Positions 1 through 11,676 are shown, numbered from the stretch's first letter. The stretch: 13,585 bases of DNA from Azolla caroliniana (GCA_043228905.1 JBHGNT010000941.1:1-13585), one strand, 5' to 3'. A program made the numbers and translations. The notes: a model not told the origin generated them from the letters alone.

Positions 1-2139
1 GCATGGGTTAGACGTGACAGAGGCTCGTCAAAACCGGGTTAGGTTTTAGGTGCACACTTTTTGTGGATAGAGATTGGATGGTGCAGATTGCACACGCCTT
101 TTCGAAACGTGCTCTTGACCATCGGTGACCGTGATTTCCTCACCAAACCTCTCTTATTATTTGGTAGCAAATAGAAACGTTGTAAATACATACATACATC
201 CATCACGAAGGTGCCATTTGAAGTAATATTTAAGTAATTGTGGACGCACATGGCCATTCTTCCTGGATGGGCCTATGAAAAGTGTCGGCATAAAAACGCC
301 ATTAGTTCAAGCATCTTTGCTAATGAAACATCCCTAAACTTGTTAAAATAACACTTCAATTGTTTCTACATTTGCCCACATGTCCCTTTTTCTATGTATG
401 GTCCCAATGGGAAATGTCTGGACAGAGGGTGACATTGTTGTGGTACTCATGTGACTTTGATTTAAGTTCTTCTTTTCTTTCACATTGTTATCCTTTTCCA
501 AGTCTTAGCCCTTGGGCTAGGGTAAAACACAAATACGCACTAAACTTGACAAAACATAGCTTCTGCACACACTGTAAAAGGAAGAGATTCTTGTTGCATA
601 TCAAAAGCCTATTCATATTAGTTGACCCAATAAATAACATACTCTTATTTGTTTATTTGCCTCTTGTCTCAACCATTTTGTGCCTCTAGGGTACCCTCAC
701 GATAGAAAAACCTTTCATGCCAAAGAGATAGTATGTTTTGTTTGATTTGTTGTTTGTAACAAAAAGGACAAGAAAGTCAATATGTTAAGAGACAATGAGG
801 TCATTAATTTGAGGCACGTGGTTTATGAGAAATGATATGTATTTTAACTAAGATTGAACGCTCGATGGTCCTAAAGTGGTTACAGCTTAAATATCCTACC
901 CCAAGGATATGCATGTTACAAATAATCGATGAATGAAAGTGTTATCCGTTCCCAACATTGAAATGCATGACACTACACACAACTTTCTCTCACCCATAAG
1001 TACTCAAAAACATGTGATTTGCTTCTTCATACTGTAAAGACCCTTCTCCTTAGGATGGGTTAAATAGAGTCAAAAGTCAAGAAATTTGGTCCATGATCCA
1101 CATGACCATGGGTAAATTTGTATTTACACATACACAATTGATCATCCACAAACTAACATGTTAAATTTTTGTCTTGTATAAGTCTATGGTCATTGCACTC
1201 AATGATCTATGAAAATAAGTGCATTCGAAGTCCAATTAAGAACAAGTGTATCAATCGAGTTAACAATCATTACCAAGATTTATGTTTGAAAAGTAATAGC
1301 AACAATGCCATTTTCCACCTATGCATTTGATCTTTCATGTTAAAGGTAAAGGCATTTGTTTCATTTAAATTGTCCTAAAATCATCCAAATTCTAGTTATC
1401 TATTTGTAATCGTGATATTGCTTAAAGATCAAAGTCAACATATGTCAAATTAGTCATTTTTTCTCTTAATTAAGATCAAGTTTCTCAAATATCAACTTTT
1501 ACATTAACATGCTTTGAGTTTATATCTACAACCTTAATTGATTGTTCTTCTATGAAATAAATTTAAGATATGTGGAGCTATTTTTTATCTGAATCACCTT
1601 TTTCGTTTCTTATCCTTAATACTCTTCATTGAAATTTCACCAAACCTTGACATGGAGAGTCATATCTCATTTGATTTTTGGTCAATTTGCTTGTTTGTGT
1701 GTTAACAATAATAAATATTAGGAACTTATTTAATGATATGAGGCATGATTTGTTACCACTACCTTCAGGCAACGATATTGTTCATGCCTTACCCATTGGG
1801 CAGTGAGAAGTGATATGTAAACCCATATTTTTGTTTCTCCGGGCTATAGTACAAGGCAATTGAGTTCTGCATTGTTTTCATTCCTCTGGTGCCTTCTTCA
1901 TTTAGGCTATTGCAAGGTGATTTTGGGTGCTGGGTGCTACATTATTTTCTCTTCTCAATGCTAAAATAATTAACTTTGATGTGTTCTTTTGCTACTACCA
2001 TATGATTCTATCACCTACCTCCTGAGAAGTGTAGGGTACCATGTTACATTTGGGGATTTATACACATAAACTAGTCAACCGGGGTCAATTTTAGGGCCAT
2101 TAGCTTGTGATCCACCATAAACTGAAGTCTGGAAGCTCA

Positions 2140-3851
2140 TCAGGGTTCCTTGAACTCTGCATAAATATTACTCATGGAAATATAAGTTGCAACATCTGTT
2201 CCATCGAGTAGGGTTGCATTTTTGAAAGCTAATCTTGCAGCTGTCACATTTTCCCATGTTCTACAAGCACTTAGCAAAGCATGCCACATTATAAGGTCAC
2301 CATTAAATGGCATCCTCTCAGTTACGCCCACCGCCTTTTCAAAGAGTCCGGCACGACAAAAAAGGTCAACTAGGCAAGTGTAATGATCTACAGTAGGAAT
2401 TATAGCATACCATTTTATCATTATCTCAAATACCAATTTGCCCTTATCAAGTAAACCAAAGTGACAACACATCTTAAGCATGCTAGAAAAAGATGCTGAA
2501 TTCGGCTCAATACCTTCTTCTAACATTTGGTTTAATGCATTGAATAATGCCTTGCTATCCTTTCCAAGTTGAGCAAACCCTGCAATTAATGCACTCCATG
2601 ATACTACATCTCGAACTGCAAGCTCATTAAATATGTATTGTGCTTTAGCAAGTTCTCCACATTTGGCATACATATCCACTAACGCAGTGCCAATTCTGAT
2701 ATCTCCTTGCAACATACCCTCCGTGACGATCCTTGCATGTATTTCTTGACCCTTATTACATGTACCAATGTTGCCACAAGCCTTCAACATGCAAACAAAG
2801 GTAAGAGGAGTTGGAGCAACACCATCATCTTGCATCTTTTCATAAAGAGCCAAAGGTTCTTCACCATGCCCATGTTGGGCATATCCAGAAATTAACGCAG
2901 TCCTTAAGACTACATCCTTCACAGAAAGTTGCTCGAAAACATCTCTTGCTTCAGAAAGTGCACCACATTTCGCATACATTTCCACTAGAGCATTGCAAAG
3001 CAAGATGCTTTTTCCAAGTAAACCTTCTTTTATGATTTCACCATGTATTTCTTGGCCCTTCTTAATTGCTCCTATGGTGCCACATATCTTCAAAAGGCAA
3101 CCAAATGTTACCACATTTGGAGAAAATCCATTTTTTTCCATCTCTTCTGAACACTCAATCGCTTTCTTCATATGCCCATGCTGGACATATCCTGCAATTA
3201 GGGCATTCCATGACACTGTATCCCGAAAAGGAACCTTATCAAATACTTCTTGAGCTTTCAGAATCACTCCACATTTTGCATACATGTCTATCAATGCATT
3301 TCCAACCATGGTATCTTCTCCTAACAAACCCTTGTTAACGATCTCTACATGTATTTCTTGACCTTTTGCAATGTCTCCTATGATACCACAAGCCTTCAAG
3401 ATGCAAACAAAGGTAATTGCATTGGGAGAAATCCCTCCAGCTTTCATTTGTTCGAAATAATCGAGAGCTTCATCACCATATCCGTGTTGGGCATATCCTC
3501 CAATAAGCGTATTCCACGAGGCTACATCCCAGATAGTTAGCACATCAAATACTTCTTGTGCTTTGTTGAGTAAAAAGCATTGCCAACAAACACATTCTTC
3601 TTGAGAAAACCCTCTTTTATGATCCTAGCATGCATTTCTGGTCTCTTTCTGAGTAGTTTGATGCTTCCACAAGCCTTCAAGATACAAGCATAGGTAATTG
3701 AATTTGGAGCAACACCCTCGTGTTGCATGATATCAAAACTCTTTAGTGCTTCCTTCCCATGTCCATGGTGTACATATCCTACTATTTGTGAATTCCATGA
3801 GGTTATATCTTGAATTGAAACCTCATCAAATGCAGTACATTTCACAATCAT
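2140..3851 (-). pseudogene. PLS-class pentatricopeptide repeat gene (E subgroup, truncated E2, no DYW), frameshifted near 3575
   Basis: ORF 2140-3543 has 12 motifs, (P-L-S)x3 plus P2-L2-S2 (SWNALIAGY / TFVCILKACG / GNALIDMYAKCG), then E1 (DLIMWHALLSACR) and partial E2 (YISMSNIYA). ORF 3537-3851 has a further P and L motif in another frame. The linking S motif reads GNA-tt-LLNKAQEVFD, lacking LVDMYAKCG. The 3543 start is a GTG, not ATG. Confidence 0.85.
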
Positions 3852-5030
3852 ATTGACTATTAGTAATGTAAAAATTATCTCAAAAACGCCCCACTTTCCA
3901 TGTCACAAAGGCTTCTTTGCTTAATTCCATAAGGGCACAAGGATCCTATTCAAATCTCGTATTGCAAATCAACCAAGAGCTCTTCATTTCATATATTGCT
4001 TAAGTATTGGAGCATCACTCATTTAAACATTACCTCAAAAGGAATATCTTTCTTTACAACATCCATGTCTGTTTTGCTGCCTTTTGAGTGAGGTTCGTTC
4101 CCTTCCTCTTCTTCTTCTCTTAGCGCAGTGATATGCAATGAAGGTATAACGATTATTTTTGGAAACTCAGGGGTATTGTAATAAATACAGAAAAACCTTT
4201 TAACTCTTTAGTTCATTTTGACATGGATGACATAACACATAACCTTTTCAAGTAATACATGATAGGAACCGAAAGAACAACCATGGGTTCGTTGGCATTT
4301 ACAAGTGACTATTAATCACTTGTATCGTTGCTCTGTTGAGTCTCTTCGATGGCTATTATCTAAGGCTAAACAAGAATGGAAGGTATGTAACTCTTAATTA
4401 TAGACAATGGCAAATCTTGGAACATAGTTGCCGTTTTGAATTGTCATTTCTAACGAAGGTCTTCATTTGGAGCATATTGATCGAGGGTTTAGCTTTGGGG
4501 ATTATCTCTAAAGAGACTTTAACTAGTAATACACAATTACTTTTTTGCTATTGGTCAAGTGGAAGATAGTACTCATTGTTTTGTACAATGTTTGTTGGCT
4601 CATTAGGTTTTGGATTACATTTCTCACATTTCGCATGTTTTCTCAAACTTTTATTTGACACCAAGATAGGGGCTATTAGTAGAATTTACATAGCTCAACT
4701 CAAGATCAAAGATGGAGACCGTTTTCCTCTTTTTGAGATATTGGGGATTGTGATAAGTCCAATGGTTTAGCATTTGATTGTCGGCATGGAGTTAGATGTC
4801 GACAAATTTATTTTCTCAGGGCAAGTCATGATTTTTTTTCCTCAGTGGACTGTTTGTCTTGCATATTAGGGATTTTGTATGTCCCACTATGCATGTAGCC
4901 ATGACACCAGTAAATTGTAGCATCATTTCCATATTATTTTCACACAAAGTTATGAGAAAGAGAGAGACCAAATTGTTCATCGTTTTTCATTCAACAAGTG
5001 TCCACAGTCCAAGTTTAAGGCACTTGGATT

Positions 5031-5044
5031 GGGGGGGGGGGGGG
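5031..5044 (+). repeat. G14 homopolymer
   Basis: 14 consecutive G, seen directly. Confidence 0.95.
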
Positions 5045-5152
5045 TGCTCTTCGTTAGGTGTTACACTTTTGATTTATTCTATTTCCAATATATACATGTA
5101 TATGAATAATGATATACATATGCTTCCCTCGATATATTCATGTAATATATGC

Positions 5153-5154
<2 letters not shown>

Positions 5155-5197
<43 letters not shown>
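5155..5197 (+). repeat. (GA)n microsatellite upstream of the plus-strand PPR gene; possible GAGA (BBR/BPC-type) element
   Basis: About 43 bp of AG repeat with one interruption, ~110 bp upstream of the ATG at 5309. The regulatory role is inference. Confidence 0.9.
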
Positions 5198-5308
5198 CGT
5201 TATGTTTTACATACATACATACAGTCTAAGACACTTAGAACAGGGGACAGATAGCAGAAAAACAGGGCTTGTCTGGTTTAGAGATTATCTTGAAGCAAAT
5301 ATCTCACA

Positions 5309-5472
5309 ATGGAGGCAGCACTTCTTCATGGATCTGACTGGGCTCCCACAAGCACAGCAGGGCATATTCCTCGCGATTTGCCCACAGATACGATTTCTCG
5401 AACTTGGAGCTGCCATAGAAAAGCTCAGAATTCTCCCGATCCTGGAATAAAAAAATCTAAATGCGCCATCAG
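5309..5472 (+). CDS. Putative first coding exon of the plus-strand PPR gene (possible organelle targeting peptide)
   Basis: ATG at 5309, then 54 codons + 2 nt ending at AG|GTATGC (donor at 5473). A CAG ending at 5665 restores the PPR frame, which is open from 5649. An alternative phase-0 pair is donor 5516 with acceptor 5660. Confidence 0.5.
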
Positions 5473-5526
5473 GTATGCCATTCGCATCTCGTTACCTTCT
5501 TGTCTGATGCTCTACGTACACGAGGA

Positions 5527-5636
5527 CACATACATATATACATATGTATATACATACATGCATAACTGCATATATAGGCACATGCATACATTCACGCACA
5601 TACATGCATGCATACATACATACATTATATATATCT
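5527..5636 (+). repeat. Compound (CA/TA/CATA) low-complexity microsatellite inside the putative intron
   Basis: cacatacatatatacatatgtatatacatacatg...catacatacatacattatatatatc. Confidence 0.8.
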
Positions 5637-5717
5637 ATCAATCACTGATATCCATGGCAGACCAGTCCTGAATATCAGTCAGAAGACCAAGAATTACTAT
5701 CTAAAGCTATCAGTCAA

Positions 5718-7748
5718 TTGCCGTATAGAAGATTGGGAATGGATCAGAATCATGATCGCAACAACAACAATAGTAATAAGCTTCAGAGATTTGAATCTGA
5801 TAAGAGTAATATAAATTCTATTATCACTTCATTGAAGATTTGTGCCAAGCAAAAGAACCTTGAAAAAGGATGCAGAATTCATGCGAGCATTGTGAAAAAG
5901 GGGTTTCGTATTGAGAAAGATGCTTTTATTGGAAACGCATTACTCAACATGTATATCAAATGTGGTGCACTGTCAAAAGCACAAGAAGTATTCGATACAC
6001 TTCACACACGAGATGTGATTTCATGGACTGCACTCATCGATGGATATGTGGAGTATGGAAATGGTAAAGAAGCACTGAATTGTTTTGAGATGATGCAATT
6101 AGAGGGAGTTTCTCCAGATGCAATCACATTCATTTGTGCATTGAAAGCTTGTGGGAGAATAGGGGCATCACATGAGGGCCAAGAAATACACAGTGAGATC
6201 ATGAAACAAGGTCTATTGAAGAGAAATATTATAGTTGGTAATGCATTGGTGGATATGTATGCCAAATGTGGAAATGTTGCAAAAGCACAGTTAGTGTTTG
6301 ATGAACTTCCAAACAAAGATGTAGTGTCATGGAATTCCCTTATGAAAGGGTATGCACAATATGGAAATGGCAAAGAAGCAGTGAAATGTTTCGAACATAT
6401 GCAAAGGAATGGTGTAACTCCAACTCTGGTCACATTTATTTGTGTATTGAATGCGTGTAGCCAGATAGGAGCTGCAGACAAAGGTCAAGAAATACATGCC
6501 CAGATTTCAAGAAGAGGGTTAATAGGAAGTAGTCTTCTAGTTGGGAATGCACTTGTTGACATGTATGCAAAATGTGGTCTTCTTGGGAAAGCACAACAGG
6601 TGTTTGATGAACTTTTATTTCGGGATGTAATCTCATGGACTGCGCTTCTCTCAGGGTATGGTCAACATGGGTATGGTAAAGAGGTAATGAGATGTTTTGA
6701 GCAGATGAAATGCGAGGGGGTTTGTCCAAATATGGTTACATATAATTTTATCTTGCAAGCATGTGGTACCTTGGGAGTTTTGGAGAAGGGACAAAAAATA
6801 CATGCTATGATTATAAATGAGGTGCTGCTGAAAAGGAGCATCTTGATTGGAAGTGCATTGGTTGATATGTATGCAAAATGTGGCACCCTTGCAAAAGCGC
6901 GAGAAGTGTTTGATGAATTGCCAGTTCGAGATGTAGTGTTATGGACTGTATTGATTGCTGGATATACTGAAAAAGGGCATGGTGAGAAAGCATTGGAATG
7001 CTTCAATAGAATGAAAGCTGATGGGATTTTGCCAAGTCCAGTAACCTTTGTTTGTGTTTTGAAAGCATGTGGCACCATTGGTGCGGCCACCAAAGGCCAA
7101 GAAATACATGCTGAGATCATGAGAGAGGGTTTGGTTGAAAATGATATTTTGATTGGAAATGCACTCGTAGATATGTATGCCAAATGTGGGGTTATCACCA
7201 AAGCACAAGAAATATTTGATAAGCTTGTGGAAAAGAATGTCGTTTCTTGGACTGCCTTGATGGCTGGATATGCTCAGGTCGGAAAGCACGATGCTGTTTT
7301 CAGTGTTTTTGACAAAATGATAGAAGAAGGTATATCTCCAGATCAAGCGACATTCTCTGTTGTGCTTAACACATGTTGTCATTCAGGTCTAGAAGATAAG
7401 GGTCGAACATACTTTGAGAGCATGATGAAAGTGTATGGTATCATACCAAATTTAGAGCATTATACCTGTATGGTGGATCTTTTTGGTCGTGCAGGCCACT
7501 TTGACAAAGTTGTAGAGATGATTAAAGAAATGCCATATTCTGGTGATGTTACGTTATGGCGCAGTCTGTTAAATGCTTGTAGAGAATGGGGAAATGTAAA
7601 CCTAGGGAAACTAGCTTTTGAAAATGCAATTCAGTTCGATTCAGAAGATGCCGCAGCATATGTCTCTATGTATAATATCTATGCAGCTGCTGGTCTTCAA
7701 CAAGAAGCTAACAAGGTTGAAGCTTTGAGACTGCAAAAGGAATCATAA
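5718..7748 (+). CDS. PLS-class PPR protein, E subgroup (17 PPR motifs + E1 + E2, no DYW); likely organellar RNA editing specificity factor
   Basis: Uninterrupted 676-aa frame: L-S-(P-L-S)x4-P2-L2-S2, E1 (DVTLWRSLLNACR), E2 (DAAAYVSMYNIYAAAG), then stop. 5718 is TTG and the first in-frame ATG is 5739; the true start may be in the upstream exon. Confidence 0.95.
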   Translation: MPYRRLGMDQNHDRNNNNSNKLQRFESDKSNINSIITSLKICAKQKNLEKGCRIHASIVKKGFRIEKDAFIGNALLNMYIKCGALSKAQEVFDTLHTRDVISWTALIDGYVEYGNGKEALNCFEMMQLEGVSPDAITFICALKACGRIGASHEGQEIHSEIMKQGLLKRNIIVGNALVDMYAKCGNVAKAQLVFDELPNKDVVSWNSLMKGYAQYGNGKEAVKCFEHMQRNGVTPTLVTFICVLNACSQIGAADKGQEIHAQISRRGLIGSSLLVGNALVDMYAKCGLLGKAQQVFDELLFRDVISWTALLSGYGQHGYGKEVMRCFEQMKCEGVCPNMVTYNFILQACGTLGVLEKGQKIHAMIINEVLLKRSILIGSALVDMYAKCGTLAKAREVFDELPVRDVVLWTVLIAGYTEKGHGEKALECFNRMKADGILPSPVTFVCVLKACGTIGAATKGQEIHAEIMREGLVENDILIGNALVDMYAKCGVITKAQEIFDKLVEKNVVSWTALMAGYAQVGKHDAVFSVFDKMIEEGISPDQATFSVVLNTCCHSGLEDKGRTYFESMMKVYGIIPNLEHYTCMVDLFGRAGHFDKVVEMIKEMPYSGDVTLWRSLLNACREWGNVNLGKLAFENAIQFDSEDAAAYVSMYNIYAAAGLQQEANKVEALRLQKES

Positions 7749-10301
7749 ATTAACTCTAATGAGTTAAATACATTGGGCTAAAGGCATTTCATGAAAAAGA
7801 TAGTGTTATGAAGAATAGCAAGGGTTATTTTGCAACATTTGCTAAGATTGACTTAATCTGAACCTAGTGCAAAAGTCCCTGGCACATGGACAGTGAATGT
7901 AATATATTTCCTCAAGTATTGTTTTACATAAAGAACAAAATCTTTCCCCTTTTGAAGGCCTTTTTCCATTCCACTTTGTTTGTTTTGAGTCCCAGTTTCT
8001 CTAATATTTTTTCGTGTTAGTTCCATGTGCTATGTTTGTATAAAGGTCTATGTTGGATCATAACACAACATTCCTACTACAGCTTCAAAAAAGGTTTCAT
8101 AATTAAAGAGTTAGTTGGAACTTCAGATGAAATCTAACTTAGTAAACATTTGTTTACTACAAATCACTTCTCTTCTCTTTCCACAATGTTTGTGTGCTTT
8201 TACATTAGAATCATATGATGGTTGAAGGAGAACATAAACGCACATAGCCTTCCGAACTCTCACATGAAGGCCATAGTCACCATAAATCTAGGTAACAACA
8301 AAGTGACCATGTGGTACATTTCTATATTGGGGTTTTCTTTAATCATCAACTTCTCCAAACTTTAACCAATTTCTTAACCTTTTGCATAATAGTATTTGAT
8401 ATACATGTTGTACATTGTCAAGGTTTAGACAGTTTGTGAAATTTCCACTAGTTGATATAAAAAAAAAACCATGGGGGGGAAATTTCATTCCACCTCATGT
8501 AGAACATCCAACTATAATAATGGCTATGTATCCAAATGTAAAAAAATCACCTTTAATTAAAGGAGGCATTCTGAATCTGATTGAAGTAGCGTTATTTCAC
8601 AAAGACAATTCAGATGTAAAGGAGTTTGTTTTACTGCGAAGACTGAAATTTCAACACAGGTAGGTGTCAATGAGGTTTATACTTTTCTCACAATGATATG
8701 CATCCTGATATTGACTGTATGGATGTTCTTACGATTCCACAAAACTCAACTCACTTTTGCTCAACAATCTTGGACGATTGATTGGGATTGGTGTAACATT
8801 TTGAGAAACTGTCACAAGGGTTACTAGTAAATTGATGTTGCAGCAGGCTTGCAACTACATCTAGCTCACAAAATGAGGTAAACTTAGCTAAATTAAAATT
8901 AAACCTTCAACAGTTCGCTTCCTTCACTGCCGCTAGAGTTGAAATACAATGAAATTAGTTGATATATACGCACAAAAAAGCACGTATGCTATGTCAAAAG
9001 CCAAATACGCAATTATATACACCATTGGCGAATAATCGCGACAATGTAATGTATTTGTCTTTGATACATTTCATACTTGGTTTTCATGAGAAAGGTACGT
9101 ACTGAGAATAAAATTACTAGCATTAGAACGATTGAAACTTTTCTATTTGCTATTCTTTAGTAATACATATGTATAGATATATTTGATCAATCTTCCCTGA
9201 AAAAGTTACTTAATGAGAATAAATTCATCTGTTGATACCGGTGATATTTCATATCAACATTAATACATTTTGGCCCAATATACAAAGGTGATGAAGTGAA
9301 TATCCATGAATCATATGACATGGAAAGTGCTCAGATGATACATTTATGTCAAAGCCATATAAGAAATTTTATTAATGCATAATGGGATCACTATCCTACA
9401 AGGTACCATGATTAATTTTTGGATTAAGTGCATCCACGAGAGTGGTTACAAATGTATGCAATCATTTTGGTAAGGATTAATTTACATCAATTAATCAACA
9501 TGTAATGTAATGGAGAAAGATGATTTTTTATTGTGAGGATAAGAATTTGTTTTAGAGATAAACACATCCATGACTCTTTGGAAAGAAATCATGATGAATA
9601 CAATCTTTTTGACGGATAATGAAATTTTGGAGGACGATCTTTGTTTGGGCACTATAATCAATTACATGTGAAAGAGGATTTCTAAGATTAATAAGATCAA
9701 AACCAGCTCTCTTCTGACACTCTTAAGTCACTATCGAGTCCCAAGGGGTCGCCTCCCTCCCTCATTGTGGGCTAACTAAGGGAGTGTGTGTAGTCGCTAC
9801 CCAGCGCTAAAGACCATGTCATACTTCAACACATAAAAGCACTTACCTCTCCACTCCATGGAAGTTTGGAATCCTCAAAGGCGTCTTACTTAAACTAAAA
9901 TTAGCACATATCTAATTAAGAAATATGTTTGTTCCAATAAAATAGATAATTACTAGATAGAAACATGCAAAGTGTCTCAGTTAATTATATAATTACTCAA
10001 TAAAAACACATATACCTCGATTAAATAGCATTGAAAAACTCTATGAAGGAAAGTGGCTCATAGTTCATGCAAAGGGGAGAGAATGCGGATAAAAGGTCCA
10101 AAGGCCAAGGAGGATAGATTATGTTTTATTTTCTTTTCAAATTTGGGGAATGGTTTTTTCTTTCTCTGGGGAGGATGAGTGGAGACAATTGGTAGCATGT
10201 TTTAGGTGTAGCTAACTATGTGCAGGTTGAAGAAGGATGGTGTTTCACAATGCAACTTCTTTGTGTAGGGGCCATTACTTATCGGCTCATTTAGTCTGCC
10301 A

Positions 10302-11213
10302 GGATTAAACATGTTTGATGGGACAGACTCCCATTATTTTCATTCCAGTGCATGTGGTTACCATTGCATGTGGGACTCTAGGCTTTTTAGTTATGGCGAA
10401 TGGGAGGATCTATGCTTCTTGTTGTCCAATGCAAGATGGTGGATTGAGGAGCACAAATTTGATGGTTTTCGTTATGATGGTGTAACATCAATGATGTACA
10501 CTCATCATGGACTACATGTTTCCTTTACTGGGAATAATAATGAATGTTTTGGAATGGCTACAGATATAGATGCTTTGAATTACCTCATGTTGGCAAATGA
10601 AATGATCTATGCTTTATAGCCAAATGCCATTACTGATGGGACAGACTCCCATTATTTTCATTCCAGTGCATGTGGTTACCATTGCATGTGGGACTCTAGT
10701 CTTTTTAGTTATGGCGAATGGGAGGATCTATGCTTCTTGTTGTCCAATGCAAGATGGTGGATTGAGGAGCACAAATTTGATGGTTTTCGTTATGATGGTG
10801 TAACATCAATGATGTACACTCATCATGGACTACATGTTTCCTTTACTGGGAATAATAATGAATGTTTTGGAATGGCTACAGATATAGATGCTTTGAATTA
10901 CCTCATGTTGGCAAATGAAATGATCTATGCTTTATAGCCAAATGCCATTACTGTTGGAAAAGATGTAAGTTGAATGCCTACCTTTAGTCTCCCTGTTGGA
11001 GATGGAGGTGTTGGTTTCGACTATAGGATGCATAAGGCAGTTGCAGACAAGTGGATTGAATTGCTAAGAAAAAAGACATGCTGAGAAAATGTGTTGTTTA
11101 TGCTCAAAGCCATGATCAGGCTTTAGTTGGAGACAAGACAATTGCATTTAGCCTGATGGACAAGGATATGTATGGCTTTATGGCCCTTAATGGACACAAC
11201 ACCAACAATTGAT
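10302..11213 (+). pseudogene. SBE2: Processed fragment of starch branching enzyme (SBE2-like, GH13 catalytic domain)
   Basis: [14 protein letters not shown]...[31 protein letters not shown]...GKDVS*MPTF...[11 protein letters not shown]...[28 protein letters not shown]...TPTID. Stops at 10617, 10935 and 10971, a deletion/frameshift near 11080, and no introns. Confidence 0.92.
10316..10951 (+). repeat. Tandem direct duplication, 2 x 318 bp
   Basis: 10316-10633 equals 10634-10951 except G10382/T10700. There is a TG microhomology at the junction. Confidence 0.97.
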
Positions 11214-11214
11214 A

Positions 11215-11283
11215 TTAGAGGACAACACAGTTGATTTTATTGGTCATGCGTGAACCTTATACCGAGATGATGCATATCTGGAG
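11215..11283 (+). pseudogene. GDI: Rab GDP dissociation inhibitor fragment (central part)
   Basis: Translates LEDNTVDFIGHA*TLYRDDAYLE, matching the conserved GDI segment L.DNT.DFIGHA.AL...D.YL. It follows the SBE TPTID directly. Confidence 0.85.
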
Positions 11284-11473
11284 TCTTTTACTAAATAAAA
11301 TCAACACAGTTTATATCTGGAGGCTATTATAACCAGCATTAAGCTTGTGGATTAGGAAAGTGCTAACAAATTAGTATAGTTTTAGGGAAAACAAATGTGG
11401 ATGTTACAGAGAAAGATGTTCTACCCCTGAAAACTTCCTTTGCAAGTATATGATGGCTTCTTTTGAATTCCAG

Positions 11474-11613
11474 GAAGAGTTTTCAGAGAAGTAGAGCTTG
11501 GAGAGTCCATCAGATATGCTTTAGGTGATGTTGTTGAAGGTTGGTTAAATGAACTTTTCTGTTTGAATGCTGCAAATCACATTCCCAAACTTGAGGGCAG
11601 CTTGCCTCATCCA
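11474..11613 (+). pseudogene. NAT10: RNA cytidine acetyltransferase (NAT10/Kre33)-like exon fragment
   Basis: After acceptor ttccAG (11472-11473) it translates (G)RVFREVELGESIRYALGDVVEGWLNELFCLNAANHIPKLEGSLPHP, resembling the recalled NAT10 motif L.ESIRYA.GD.(I/V)E.WLN.LLCLD. Confidence 0.75.
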
Positions 11614-11676
11614 ACTGGTTATACGTAATATAAAGATTGTTTACAAATGTCACAGTGAAATGTGGCTAATGTTCTA

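Noticed and set aside
39-689. ORFs 39-257 and 360-689 and short palindromes at 506-519 and 688-697
   Set aside because: No recognisable domain, and palindromes this short are expected by chance.
2707-3540. Several short plus-strand ORFs
   Set aside because: Antisense shadows of the minus-strand PPR frame.
4336-5254. Intergenic ORFs including an ERERER tract
   Set aside because: Non-ATG starts and translation of microsatellites.
6002-7382. Minus-strand ORFs up to 179 aa
   Set aside because: Antisense shadows of the plus-strand PPR gene.
8415-8663. 82-aa ORF ending near a donor-like CAG|GTAGGT
   Set aside because: TTG start, homopolymer runs and no recognisable homology.
10070-10086. Purine run resembling an LTR retrotransposon polypurine tract
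   Set aside because: No LTR pair, primer-binding site or pol remnant was found.
10268-10285. GAITYR, resembling the SBE N-terminal ITYREWAP motif
   Set aside because: Only six codons, too short to support without alignment to the parent gene.
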